Assembly (NCBI GenBank): GCA_950097015.1 | Contig: CATNEN010000037.1 | Coordinates: 1,798,001-1,862,000, forward strand | Origin: Macrostomum hystrix | Taxonomy: Eukaryota > Animalia > Platyhelminthes | DNA length: 64,000 nt | Direction of reading: 5' to 3' | Part shown: positions 37,243 to 49,480 of the stretch, piece after piece | Layout: the number at the start of each line of letters is the position of its first letter | Numbering within the stretch: position 1 is the first letter of the stretch | Program-made: the position numbers and the translations under genes | The notes under the pieces: generated by a model | Databases searched by the model: none | Seen by the model: only the letters and a program-made list of their open reading frames with translations | Told to the model about the DNA's origin: nothing

Positions 37243-39528
37243 ATGGCTCAAACTAAAGTTGTCGCTATGGCAACTGCGGGGCCAATCGCGGCCATTTCAA
37301 TGCTAGCCAAGCTTGCAGAGAATCAGGTGTGCGCCGACTGCGCCCAGGCACCTTCATGCGCCGTCTCAGTCTGTGTCGGCGGAGCATTTATTTGCGGCGC
37401 CTGCGCGGTAGCTCATCGCCAGGCCGGCTATCGGACCAGATCAATTGAGCGCGACCGCTGGCAAGAGTCCGATACAGCTGCTCTGCTTGGCAACGCAGTC
37501 CTGGCTGACACTTTAGAGACGCAGCTGCCGCCATTCTATCGTCGGCCAAGGCCCAACGATGCGGCCGTGCTAAGAACCGAGTTCGTTCTAGCCAAGTACA
37601 AGCGCGGCGAGTTTTCCGATGCGGACAGGTTGGGTCTTGAGGCTAATTATAGTTTACATTCTAATTAGCGGATCCTTTTAAAATTATCTCAGTACCAATA
37701 ATTACTATAACGAAAGGGCTTATCGTGCGACAGCTTTAAGTGTTCACGTGGAATTCTCAAAGTAGGCTAAAACTGACCCTGTGACATGGGTGCGTCGCGT
37801 CACCCATTGATATGAAAACTTGACAAACTAGTTGTATTTTTTTAACTGCATACTGACCGCCTGAACCACTTGGAGACCACACTCCGATGCATGATACTTG
37901 CTGTAATAGTTCCGCGTACTGGTGTTCCAGTTCCACCAATTTGCTTGACCACTAGATGTACATCTGCCATATCGCATTGTCAAACAAACAGTTGTACGCT
38001 CTCACTGTGCCCTGGGTTTTGGCCCTCATGGCCTTAAATTGCTCGATAATCCCAATCTATGAGGATAACTCAGGAGCCGTTTTCTATTGGCTACTAATTT
38101 ATCTAAGTTGAGGCCTGCTGAAACCCTACCGTGTCCAGGCAAGCGGCCTACCATCGCTGCGGCGGCGGTTTTGTCAAGTCGGGCCTACTTATGAAGCGCC
38201 TAAGCACATCTCCTGTTGTGCAATTAAATAGCGGCGGAAAATTTTCACAGCGGCGTTTTGAACTCTCCGAGCGCGATAATTATTTGCGTTACTATGGAGA
38301 CGAGACAGCCGAGTCGCCTGTTAAAGCGTCTGTGCCGTTGGATCAGCTAAATGTGGCAATGGTTGGCGCTCTTATTGAATCTGCGCATCCGCACCTAATG
38401 ATGGTTCGTTGTGACTATTTCGTAATGTGAAATGCGCATGAAGTACAGACATGACAGAAGTTTTAAAAAGTTGTAGCGGTAAAATACTTGCTGGTTATAC
38501 GATACTTATAGATTTATGGATAAGAAAGATTCTAGCAGCGGCTACACTGTTAAGAAGATTAAGTCGTGGTTTATGACACGATGGGTGTTTTCGAGAATGC
38601 TGTTTTCAAAAACAGGTTTAAGAGGATACTATTTTTAGCAGCAGTGTTTAGAGGGTACTATTTTTAGCATTAGGGTTAAGAGAATTCTATTTTTAGCAGT
38701 AGGGTTAAGAGGATACTATTTTTAGCAGTAGGGTTAAGAGGATACTATTTTTATCAGCAGGCTTAAGAGTATGCTGTTTAGCAGTAGGGTTAAAAGTGCT
38801 ATTTTTAGCACAATCTACTGCCATTAGCTAGCACTATTAAGGTTAAGTTAATGCTTTTTAATGTTTTATAATGTTTTAGTAAACTCCTTCTCACTGTCAC
38901 GTGCATCACGTGCACTGGACTTTAGGCGATCATTTTTTTACTGAGTTCTAATCGCTCCTCATATGAGTACTCGTAACTCTCACTCACTTTCTCTCTACTC
39001 GAAATTCAGGTAAGCTACCCGTGCGGCGAGTGCACCAGGAGCCTGTATGTTTATCACGCGAACGGCCAGGAGATAGTTGCCTGGTACAACGCTATACGCG
39101 GATGTCAGTACTACAGGCTGCGCATGTCACTTGTACCGCCAGAGCGACTTCTGCAGCTCTCCTATGAGCCTCGTCTAGCCGATTGGCTGAGCAAGACAGG
39201 GCCGAGACTGTCTGAGCCATGGCGCAGGCGTTGGTGCCTTTTGCTAAGGCGCAGCCTACTATATTACTCTGGCTGCATGCAGCCAATGGCCAAAGGCGAG
39301 CTTTGGTTAGGCGAGTCGCCAGCCTATCAGGCCAGGCCAGGACCGCCTGTCGGTCTCAGGCGCAAACCGGTTGGTCACGTGTTCACCATCAGCACGCCGG
39401 AGAGAGAGTACGCCTTCTCGACTGACAGCGCCGAGGCCTGCCGACGCTGGCTGGCCGCTATTGTCGATTTAATGACTGTACCGCCTACTCCGCAGGACTT
39501 TGCCTACTGTAATAAAGCTTGTTCTTGA
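37243..39528 (+). CDS. ADAP1: ArfGAP with dual PH domains (ADAP1/2, centaurin-alpha), 3 exons, about 389 aa
   Basis: Exons 37243-37628, 38139-38403, 39010-39528 (1170 nt). Motifs: ENQVCADC...CGACAVAHR, PPFYRRPRPNDAAVLRTEFVLAKY, PH1 ending RSLYVYHANGQEIVAWYNAIR, PH2 SKTGPRLSEPWRRRW...PPTPQDF. The start could instead be 37267. Confidence 0.92.
37940..38085 (-). mobile_element. Diverged SINE core fragment in ADAP1 intron 1
   Basis: The minus strand reads GGGATTATCGAGCAATTTAAGGCCATGAGGGCCAAAACCCAGGGCACAGTGAGAGCGTACAAC...GGCAGATGTACA, similar to the copies at 11.6 and 32.4 kb. Confidence 0.55.
38615..38810. repeat. Degenerate 29-bp repeat (AGGGTTAAGAGGATACTATTTTTAGCAGT) in ADAP1 intron 2
   Basis: About 6-7 copies. 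Confidence 0.85.
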
Positions 39529-39611
39529 ATTCCATCGGCGACTACGTCAACCTTGCTGTGAGCTGTCATCTCTAATCTCTAGTCCTTTTCCCTGTTACTA
39601 ATACATGCCTT

Positions 39612-39982
39612 ACACCAGTTCCAGGTACCTGTCCTTCACCTGTTCCAGCTACCTGTCCTACACCTGTTCCAGCTACCTGTACTAAACATGTTCCAGCTAC
39701 CTGTCCTACACCTGTTCCAGCTACCTGTCCTACACCTGTTCCAGCTACCTGTCCTACACCTGTTCCAGCTATCTGTCCTACACCTGTTCCAGCTACCTGT
39801 CCTACACCTGTTCCAGCTACCTGTCCTACACCTGCTCCAAGTACCTGTCCTACACCCATTCCAGCTACCTGTCCTACACCTGTTCCAAGTACCTGTCCTA
39901 CACCCATTCCAGCTACCTGTCCTACACCTGTTCCAAGTACCTGTCCTACACCCATTCCAGCTACCTGTCTTACACCTGTTCT
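39612..39982. repeat. 24-bp minisatellite (CCTACACCTGTTCCAGCTACCTGT)n 3' of ADAP1
   Basis: About 15 copies; accounts for ORFs 39572..39955 and 39688..40023. Confidence 0.93.
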
Positions 39983-40969
39983 ACGCTATTGCTGTACTAT
40001 ATATTCCTTCTAGCCCAATCTAAAGGTAACAAGTCCATTGTTCTCACGTCCTGTTTCTCACTAGTCTTAAGTCCAATAACAAAGTTCGACCAGTTTTAAT
40101 CGGTTCAAATCTTCTTGAATTCAAGCAGATGTACAAAATTACTGTGAATGTTTGTTTATTTTATTCATTTATTTTGTTTTTTCCTAACCCTACATAACAT
40201 ACCTTATTACCTTATAAGATAATAAGTATTGTCATTCCGGTCAAACATACTTTGTTTCTTACCTCGCAATTATTATTTGTTTAGTTGATAATGATTTTGT
40301 CGCTTAATACCGTTAATTATTATCAAAATGACGAGTCGGAAGTACTCCTGTAAAAATTGTTTTTGCAGCTGTTACATTGCAATTCATGATAGAAATCACA
40401 CTTATTCACCCCCGTACTAAGCACTAAAATTTACTAACTTACTAACTTTAGTTAGTAAAAACTATAAACCTATTCTATTTTCCTTAATGGTGTTCGTTTA
40501 ATTAGTAAAACAAAAGTACTAGAGCTCTGAGCGAACCTCAATTAGAAATCTTCCATACTTAAACGGATTCATTTCGCGTGCTTTCAGTTTCATCTATTTG
40601 AAAAGTAATCTTTTAGGTTTACGAATCTAAATTATATTGACGTGTAAGTTCAAACTAGTGATTAATCAGACTAAGAAATAATGTATAATATTTGAACATG
40701 CTGTATTGTGGCTGTGTTAGACTATTGTGATCTATAGTTTTATTTATTCGTTTTTAAGTTAATTTTTTGTTATTTATTTCGAATATATAATTTATAAGCA
40801 TGGTTAGCCCAATGACCACTAGAGGAAGAAGGATGGGACACTTCGTTTCTTGGAAATGTATAAAATGCAGATTTTCACGGAAAATGCACTAGTGAGATAG
40901 GAACTTCAACATTTCTTCACATGTAAAGTTTATAAATTTTTATTGAAAGCAGAATCAATGTACTCGTAT

Positions 40970-41062
40970 AATTCTTGAACGCTTACGAGTGCGTCAATGG
41001 GAAAAGCACGAGTGCGCGAAGCGCACTTTTCCCATTGACGCACGAGTAAGCGTTCAAGAATT
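40970..41062. repeat. 93-bp near-perfect palindrome
   Basis: AATTCTTGAACGCTTACGAGTGCGTCAATGGGAAAAG ... CTTTTCCCATTGACGCACGAGTAAGCGTTCAAGAATT. Confidence 0.85.
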
Positions 41063-43747
41063 TCATTCCTATTAGAGCCATTCTAACCATAGACAAAATT
41101 CATATTAAGAATAAAGTGTGGACGGAGGAAAGAGAGAGGGGGTTAAAAATAAATCAAATACATATAAATAAATTGTTTGCGTGCAGGAACGGAGAGTGTC
41201 ATTCCTGCACGATGTCCATGTGTAAAACAGTGGAGATTTGGCCATAGATTATTTCATTCCTGCACGACTGCCTTCATTCCCGCACGCTGGCTCAAATAAG
41301 AATGCTGTTCTTTTTATCTTTTATGTGTTATCAAACGAAGGTAGAGGCGTAGCTTATGACGTGAAAATAGCTTGACCAGTTTAATTTTATTAAAAAAGAT
41401 AATCAAATAGTTAGATTGATTTGTTTTATTGATTGACTTATTTATTTGCACACTAATTGATCATTGTAAACAATACTGTTTACAATCATAAACATCAATG
41501 ACATGTCAATGATGATCAATGACAATCAATGACAACAAACATAACAACCAGATTTATCGCAGTGCATTGGACAAGTATCAGCGGGTATATCACAAGTGAC
41601 ATTATTCGGTATAGGTCCAAGAGCCAATCAGCCAATTAGTAAATGAGCAAATAAATGAGCAACCATATATCCAGTCTATTTCTCGAACTGAGAAGGCATG
41701 CACCCAGATCGCGTCCTGTAGGCCGTTTGCCGAAGTATAACGACTAGCTTAGAATCATTGCTAACTTGCTGATTATCGTCGTCGATATCATCGTATACGT
41801 TGCCTTGTCTTCCTGATGTCTTCCTGCTACTGCTACATATTGATTGTCTATGTCAGAAGCTCAAGCAATCAGTATAAACAAAAAATATATTTCTACCCGC
41901 ACTGTTGCCTACTTATAGTAGCGTCTGTTGTTCATTTGCAATATATGTGATTTTCGAAGGTAGACAGTTTTTGTGCAAGAATACTTACAGCAGTGATGCT
42001 GATTACTTAATTCTGATGGTATTTTCGCGAATGTGTCAATATATGTATATTCTTGTATCCATATGAAAGGTATAAACAGTATTTTAGCAAAATGCGCACA
42101 TTGTAAGTTGTGTACATCGAACTAATTGTACTTTCGCAAATGTACTGCATCAGGCTGACTGTATTTAGTATACTGCAGGTAAGCTAATTTTTAATCACCA
42201 GGCATATAGTGACGATATAAAAACATGTTTTTGGACGGGAGCTGTAGCATCGTATCGACTATTGCCCGATCGTGATGGATTGATAGATGAATGGATGGAT
42301 TTAAACAGGTTTTTGTGTACGATATAAGGCATTTTACTTTTTAAAAAATTATTTCTTTTTTTAAACCTTAAGAAAATACAGAAATTTCTTTAAAGGTTGT
42401 CATTAAGTGGAGGTTAGGTTTACAATTTGGGATGAATAAATACATCGATAGAACTAAAAGTACAAAGTATAGTAAAAACGAAAAGAATGAAAATGGCAAT
42501 CATAGATTTTTTTTGCTGATGTGTAGTGCTCGATGTTTTTTTACCATAGACATTCAATCGAAGGTAAAAGCAGCATTTGCGCAAAAGTAACGTATTGATG
42601 ATGCATTTTTTCCGATAGTATTTTTGCGAAAATACGGATTCGGATTCGAATTAAGTAGTACTAAAATTATTATTTCTGATTGTATTTTCGCGAAAATACA
42701 GCTATGTGTTCTCATACGAAGATGAAGACAGTATTTGTGCAATAGTATCGAATGTAGTACTAATGAATATTACATTTCTGATGGTAGTTTTCGCGAAAAT
42801 ATGAGACGTGCCTCAAACGAATGTGTTTTTCGAAAATTTTCGAAAACACCACTACTTAAAGTAGCGGTGATGACTATATCTGATGGTACTTTTGCGAAAG
42901 CATTGAGTTAATTGCTGCAGTAAAGTAATACCAACAAGAAAAAACTGTTTTGCTACCCATATTTCATGGTGTTCTATTTACTTTCGCGAAAGTATATGTA
43001 CGTAATGTGCAGCGTGCAAATGCGTGAAAAGTTAAAATGCGTGATGTGTTCTATATTTAGAAATACTCTGCTTTGGATGGATTGGTACAGTAACAGTTGC
43101 CCCGGAGCGATAGTTGCTTTAACAGTTGCTCCGGAGCGATTGTTTATACACGGTGACTTATTCGCTCCAGACCGAGTGTCATATTCTGCAGTGATTGCTA
43201 GTATGCAGCATATATGCTAGTGCTATAGATGATAGTGCATCTGACGGGATGCTGAGTTTGGAATTTCTGTGATTAACAGTTAGTACGTAAGGAGAATCCA
43301 AGTGGTGTGCCAAAAATCGGCAACCCTACTGGCATTCACCCCGGAGCATTTTTCGATGCTTATTTAGTGTCATCTCTGTGTCATCATAATGCAGAGGGCG
43401 AAAAGTACATAAAAGTTTTATGACCACGAGAGTTGCCTGCAGAAAAAAATCTCACCGACATTTGTATCAAACGTGACCTATTTACCATCACGATTTTAAT
43501 TGTAGTTGTGTTCTGCTCGTAAAGAGGTTTCATACTATTTTTACGTTATATAAGAGTGAACGACTCCATGTAAAATTAAAAATATTCTAAAACTCATAAA
43601 AAATTAATTACTACATAAATAAAAAAATGACACAAGCTTGACGAATGTTTTGGTTATGTGTAACCGTAGAAAAGCCGGTACAAATTTAGTTTGTGCTTTC
43701 TTAGAAGCTATTCTTAATATGTTAATCTTGAGATTATAATAGAAAGT

Positions 43748-44565
43748 GCTTATTCCCACGGTCCCGTGCCAATATTTTCAATTTTATCCACACGGATCCG
43801 TGCCGATAATTTCTGCTTATCCACACGGCAGCTTGTATGAATATAGGTCTACAACTCATATATGCCGTGCCGTTAATTTCAATTTTATCCACACAGATCT
43901 GTGCCGATAATTCTCTGCCTGTCCACACGGCAGCTTGTTTTGCCGATAACTTTAAGAACTTAAAGCACATATTTTACAGGAACTGTGTAGCAATTTTCAT
44001 GTACTATATACAATTGGTCATACATGTTTTCCAGAACCTGCAGTTACCTGTAGTAGGGCGTCTTTTAATTACGAGCAATGCACACGTTAAATTTCGAATA
44101 ATCGTTAATTTCGAATAATCGTTAATTTCGAATAATCGTTAATTTCGAATAATCGTTAATTTCGAATAATCGTTAATTTCGAATAATATGCAACATTGCT
44201 AACAATTGCATGAAGAATCGCGCTGACATTTGTATTGCACACGCGCTTGAAATATGATATGATGCACATGCGCAAATGATAACTATTGACTTGTTACCGT
44301 ACGAAAATAAGGTTTCAGAAACTCGACGAAAGCATGTCCTCTGCTTTCCTCCGCGCTTTCCTCTGCGAATCTTTACAATTGTGTGTCCTTCGGACTTAGG
44401 CGTTAAATTCTTGAGAGTTAAAACAGTCTCCCAATGCTTTTGCTGGACAATTTTCTTAGTTGTAGACCTATTCATACAAGCTGCCGTGAGGATAAGCAGA
44501 AAATTATCGGCACGGATCCGTGTGGATAAAATTGAAATTATCGCCACGGGACCGTGGGAATAAGC
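43748..44565. mobile_element. ~820-bp non-autonomous DNA transposon with ~105-bp TIRs and an internal 17-bp tandem array
   Basis: GCTTATTCCCACGGTCCCGTG...TCTACAACT at 43748-43856 is inverted at about 44457-44565. (CGTTAATTTCGAATAAT)n lies at about 44085-44187. No TSD was identified. Confidence 0.8.
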
Positions 44566-45806
44566 TCTGCCATTATAATAACTATGTACGTAGCAAGAAT
44601 TGGTATGGCTTTATATTTATGCATCTTTAACTACGATAAACACTCGAAAATGCAACATTTAATTTTTTGTTTATGTTCATCTTAAAACTCTTGACTAGAC
44701 GTGGCTAGAGTAAGGGACAATGCCAAGCCAAAGCCCAAGTGTTAATCATACTAGATAGGCTATGAACTGTATTATTGTAATGACGAAAAAAGAAGAATAA
44801 GTTAGACGAAGTTCGTATAAGTAGGTTGGTAGGTTAGTTTCAGTATTTTGGAAAGAACACTATTGAGAAATGCTATGTTCAAGACTAGCATAAGTAAGCA
44901 CAGGCATAACCTAAGGAAAGCAAAGCTTAAATTAAAAAAGCAATAAATTAAATTAGGCCTATACACTATAATTTAACCTCAGGAGAGTTGCCATCTCTCC
45001 TTTGTCATTTTATAGGCCTATTAAATTGTGAACATCTTAAGTATGAACTCTGAGTGTAATACTTTGCCATTCACTTTGGTATCAGATTTTTTGTTAAATA
45101 CCATGTTTAAGAATATGAATGTATGACCTAGGCCTAAAGTTACCAGTCCAGAGGTTCAAACTAAAAAATCGCCTCATTATGAAAGTACATTAAAAGAAAA
45201 AATAACTTTATATTGCTTTTCTACACTTCAATATAAATATTCCATTTTTTATTAAAGTTAAGACCAGAGTTCTTGCAGCTTTGAATATCTCACAACACAA
45301 GCTAGTTGGATTGTCAACAAAGTTATTAGTGACTTAAGTCTGTGAGTTCTGTGTTTACTGACATTTCTGGTGATTACATTTTTATGCAGTGAAGGTGGCA
45401 ATAGTAGCCAACTTGTAAAAGTTGTAAAACTTGTAACAACTTGTAAAAATTCTATGAATATTGGTACTAGGGCATTTCAGTACTAGCCACTGATTTTTGG
45501 TATACCTCCTAAGATGGATGGATATATATATCATTCCATTTACTGATATCTTAGACTTGGTCACTATTATTATTTAACTTACCAACAAAATATGTTGTCC
45601 TAATAATATACTGTCTAGATAAATATATTTATGTCAATATAAGTTTTTATAACCCAACTTACAGTCTTCTCATTAGAAAAAAAATCCAGGAATTAGGATA
45701 GTAGCTGTTTAACAGCTGATTTTAACATTTATGTTTTGTTTGCACTTGCAGTTAACAATATCAGCCGGCAAATTGTATCAGTCTATTCAATATCTGTGCC
45801 ACAAAA

Positions 45807-48800
45807 ATGCAATCACTAAAATGTGCTTATCAGAACTATGCTTGGGGCAAAGTTGGCAGTGACAGCAAAGTTTTCTGCTTTCTAAAGCAATCTGGCCAAT
45901 ACACTTTCCAAGATGCTGATGCAAGTAAACCATTTGCTGAGGTGAGTTGAATGTTTGCTACACATTTAGTATTTAATTTGATTCATATTTTTATGGTATT
46001 AATTAATTCAAGGTGTACTCATACTATGGAAAAAATATGCTAATAATATATAATAAATAATAATACTTGATTACACCTGCCCTACTCAGTCCTGATGTGC
46101 AGCCAACAGCACAGCCACTGTATCTAAAGATGGTGAATAGCTGTTCAGTCCATAGACTGGGGGTGTCACACACTTACCCTCAATTACGCTGGCTAGTGCT
46201 GTTACCCTGGTATTTAACAGCTGGGTGAACTGAAGTTTTGCATAAGTGGAGTCGGGAATCGAACCCCCGACTAGCCGGCCTTCAAGTAAGTAGTGAGTCT
46301 GACGCTCTAACCACTAGGCAACAACCCCCTCATTGGGCTAGAATCCCCATTTATTTTAAAGTTCTTCCACAGACCGAATTTACAAAATCAATATCACTTC
46401 TAATAATACATTAATCAATCAATCAGTCGATCAATCAATGATATCAAAATTCGATATGTAAGAATTTATCCTAACTCTCCGAGTCTCCCCATTCAGCTGT
46501 GGATGGGCTGCCATCCTTCAGGCCCGTCACAGCTGCTAGACAAGCCCGGCACCTCCCTGCTTGACTGGCTGTTGGCCAATCCCCAGCTAGCCGGCGGTGC
46601 TAGCGTGTCAGACGGCCTGCCGTTCCTATTCAAAGTGCTGGCCGTGGCGAAGCCGCTGTCTATTCAGGCGCATCCGGACAAGTCTCTAGCTGGCAGGTTG
46701 CACGCCGAACAGCCGGACGTGTACAAGGATGCTAATCACAAACCGGAGATGGCCATAGCCCTGACACCATTCAAAGCTCTGTGCGGCTTTAGGCCGGTTA
46801 GCCAGATAGCCGCCTACTGCTGCGAGCAGTTGCCGGATCAGCTGGCCCCGATTGTCGGTGAAGACGGCTTTGCCGCCCTGCGCGGCGCTGTCAACGCCTA
46901 CGCTGGCAGCGATCGGGCCAAAGAGGCAGTTCGCTTGGCCTACGGCAATCTGATGCGCCAGCCGGACTCCGCTGTGCGAAAATGCCTGGACAGCCTGCTG
47001 GCTTTGGACAATGACGCTTGCCGGCTGCTGCCGCTGCTGCGAGAGGTGAGGGGGTCGATTTCAATGCCCGACTTGGCTGTGATCTGCGATCGATCGGAGG
47101 GTATCAGCTGATCGATTGGAGGATAACAGCTGATCGATGGGAGGTGGTATCAGCTGATCGATGGGAGGTGGTAACAGCTGATCGATGGGAGGTGGTAACA
47201 GCTGATCGATGGGAGGTGGTAACAGCTGATCGATGGGAGGTGGTAACAGCTGATCGATGGGAGGTGGTAACAGCTGATCGATGGGAGGTAAATAGCTGAT
47301 CGATCGAGGGTAACAGCAGATCGATGGGAGGTAAACAGCTGATCGATGGGAGGTGGTAACAGCTGATCGATGGGAGGTGGTAACAGCTGATCGATGGGAG
47401 GTGGTAACAGCTGATCGATGGGAGGTGGTAACAGCTGATCGATGGGAGGTGGTAACAGCTGATCGATAGGAGGTATCAGCTGATTGATGGGAGGTATCAG
47501 CTGATCGATGGGAGGTATCAGCTGATCGATGGGAGGTATCAGCTGATCGATGGGAGGTATCAGCTGATCGATGGGAGGTATCAGCTGATCGATGGGAGGT
47601 ATCAGCTGATCGATGGGAGGTGGTAACAGCTGATCGATGGGAGGTATCAGCTGATCTATGAGAGGTATAAGCTGATCTATGGGAGGTATAAGCTGATCTA
47701 TGGGAGGTATAAGCTGATCGATGGGAGGTGGTAACAGCTGATCGATGGGAGGTATCAGCTGATCGATGGGAGGTATCAGCTGATCGATGGGAGGTATAAG
47801 CTGATCGATGGGAGGTGGTAACAGCTGATCGATGGGAGGTATAAGCTGATCGATGGGAGGTATCAGCTGATCGATGGGAGGTATCAGCTGATCGATGGGA
47901 GGTATCAGCTGATCGATGGGAGGTGGTAACAGCTGATCGATGGGAGGTATCAGCTGATCTATGAGAGGTATAAGCTGATCTATGGGAGGTATAAGCTGAT
48001 CTATGGGAGGTATAAGCTGATCGATGGGAGGTGGTATCAGCTGATCGAAGGGAGGTAACAGCTGATCGGTTGGAGGATATCAGCTGATCGAAGCTACCAG
48101 TTAAAAGACTCACAATTTTATTCGCGATGTTAATTGTAAAAGAACTTTTTTTATTTTTAGGCTGGTTAAAAGCACTTAAATATGATTAGGCAGCCGAAGA
48201 TAAAAGCTTTGAAAAAGTGCAAATGTTAATTAGCGTGCATAGATTCTTGATTTTCACATTTATTTGAATTTTATAATTCTGCAAGACATGGAAATTCGCT
48301 TAATTTCTGACAAGTAAGCCTCTGTTATATTTACGGATATAGGAGACAAGCTGTCCGACCGAATGACCGTACTTTATTCAAAATATGTTTCATAAATAAT
48401 ATCTTATTCACAATCCATGTCTCATTGGTCATATCTCACTCATAATCTACGTCTCATTGGTCATATCTCACTCACAATCCATGTCTCATTGGTGATATCT
48501 CACAATCCATGTCTCATTGATGATATCTCACAATCCATGTCTCATTGGTGATATCTCACAATCCATGTCTCATTGGACATATCTCACTCATAAGCCATGC
48601 CTCACAATGTGCACGCGCAGATCCATGCCGACTTTCCCGGTGACATCGGCTGCCTATCCGTATTCTTCATGAACCTGGTGCACCTGCAGCCTGGCGAGGC
48701 CATCTTCCTAGCAGCTAATCTGCCGCACGCCTATCTCAGCGGCGACTGCATCGAGTGCATGGCGTGCTCGGACAACGTAGTCCGGGCCGGACTAACGCCA

Positions 48801-49193
48801 AAGCCAAAGGATGTTGCCACACTATTGAGCATGCTAGATTACGAAGGCCGGCCAGCGGAAGCTTGCAAATTTGAGCCAGTCCAATTGTCCGACGGCGTGG
48901 CTTCCTACTGTCCGCCTGTGCCCGAGTTTTGCGTTGTACGTTTCAGTTCTACGGATAACAAAGATTTGACATCGCCTCGGCTGCCGAGTCAGTCGCCAGG
49001 TATTCTGATCTGCACAGCCGGAGCCGGTAACCTAACAATCAGCAATGATACTAGCGAGGCTGCTGACAGTAAGCCTCGGCCGCTTGGTCCGGGCGCAGTG
49101 TTCCTGTTGCCAGCCGGAAGTCAGCTAACCCTAGTGCCCAACCAGACCGCCGGTCAGCTCGAAGCCTATCTGGCCTACGCGCCCGCCGAATGA
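45807..49193 (+). CDS. MPI: Mannose-6-phosphate isomerase (type I PMI), 3 exons, about 418 aa
   Basis: Exons 45807-45941, 46497-47045, 48621-49193 (1257 nt). Motifs: QNYAWGK, PFAELWMGCHP, LPFLFKVL..LSIQAHP, YKDANHKPEMA, FPGDIG, PHAYLSGDCIECMACSDNVVRAGLTPK. Confidence 0.97.
46041..46330 (-). mobile_element. tRNA-derived SINE with an (ATT)n tail in MPI intron 1
   Basis: The minus strand has TTGCCTAGTGGTTAGAGCG (A box), GGGGTTCGATTCCC (B box), CAGTTCACCCAGCTGT, the 3' end GGGCAGGTGTAATC and a TTA tail. Confidence 0.8.
47100..48092. repeat. 21/24-bp minisatellite (CAGCTGATCGATGGGAGGT[GGT]A(A/T))n in MPI intron 2
   Basis: About 45 copies; accounts for ORF 47061..48113. Confidence 0.95.
48414..48595. 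repeat. Second short ~26-32-bp array (CCATGTCTCATTGGT(C/G)ATATCTCACAAT) in MPI intron 2
   Basis: About 6 copies ending just before the acceptor at 48620. Confidence 0.88.
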
Positions 49194-49225
49194 TCTGTCT
49201 GCTTCGTGGACTCTAACATCTTTGG

Positions 49226-49480
49226 GCTAGACTAGCCTGTGAGTTAGGGATTGCTAGACTAGCCTGTGAGTTAGGGATTGCTAGACTAGCCTGTGAGTTA
49301 GGGATTTCTAGACTAGCCTGTGAGTTAGGGATTTCTAGACTAGCCTGTGAGTTAGGGATTGCTAGACTAGCCTGTGAGTTAGGGATTGCTAGACTAGCCT
49401 GTGAGTTAGGGATTGCTAGACTAGCCTGTGAGTTAGGGATTGCTAGACTAGCCTGTGAGTTAGGGATTGCTAGACTAGCT
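49226..49480. repeat. 27-bp minisatellite (CTAGACTAGCCTGTGAGTTAGGGATTG)n immediately 3' of the MPI stop
   Basis: About 9.5 copies. Confidence 0.95.

Noticed and set aside
46255-46330. tRNA gene (also considered at 32520-32590)
   Set aside because: A and B boxes are present, but there is no clean cloverleaf and the sequence continues into a SINE body and simple-repeat tail.
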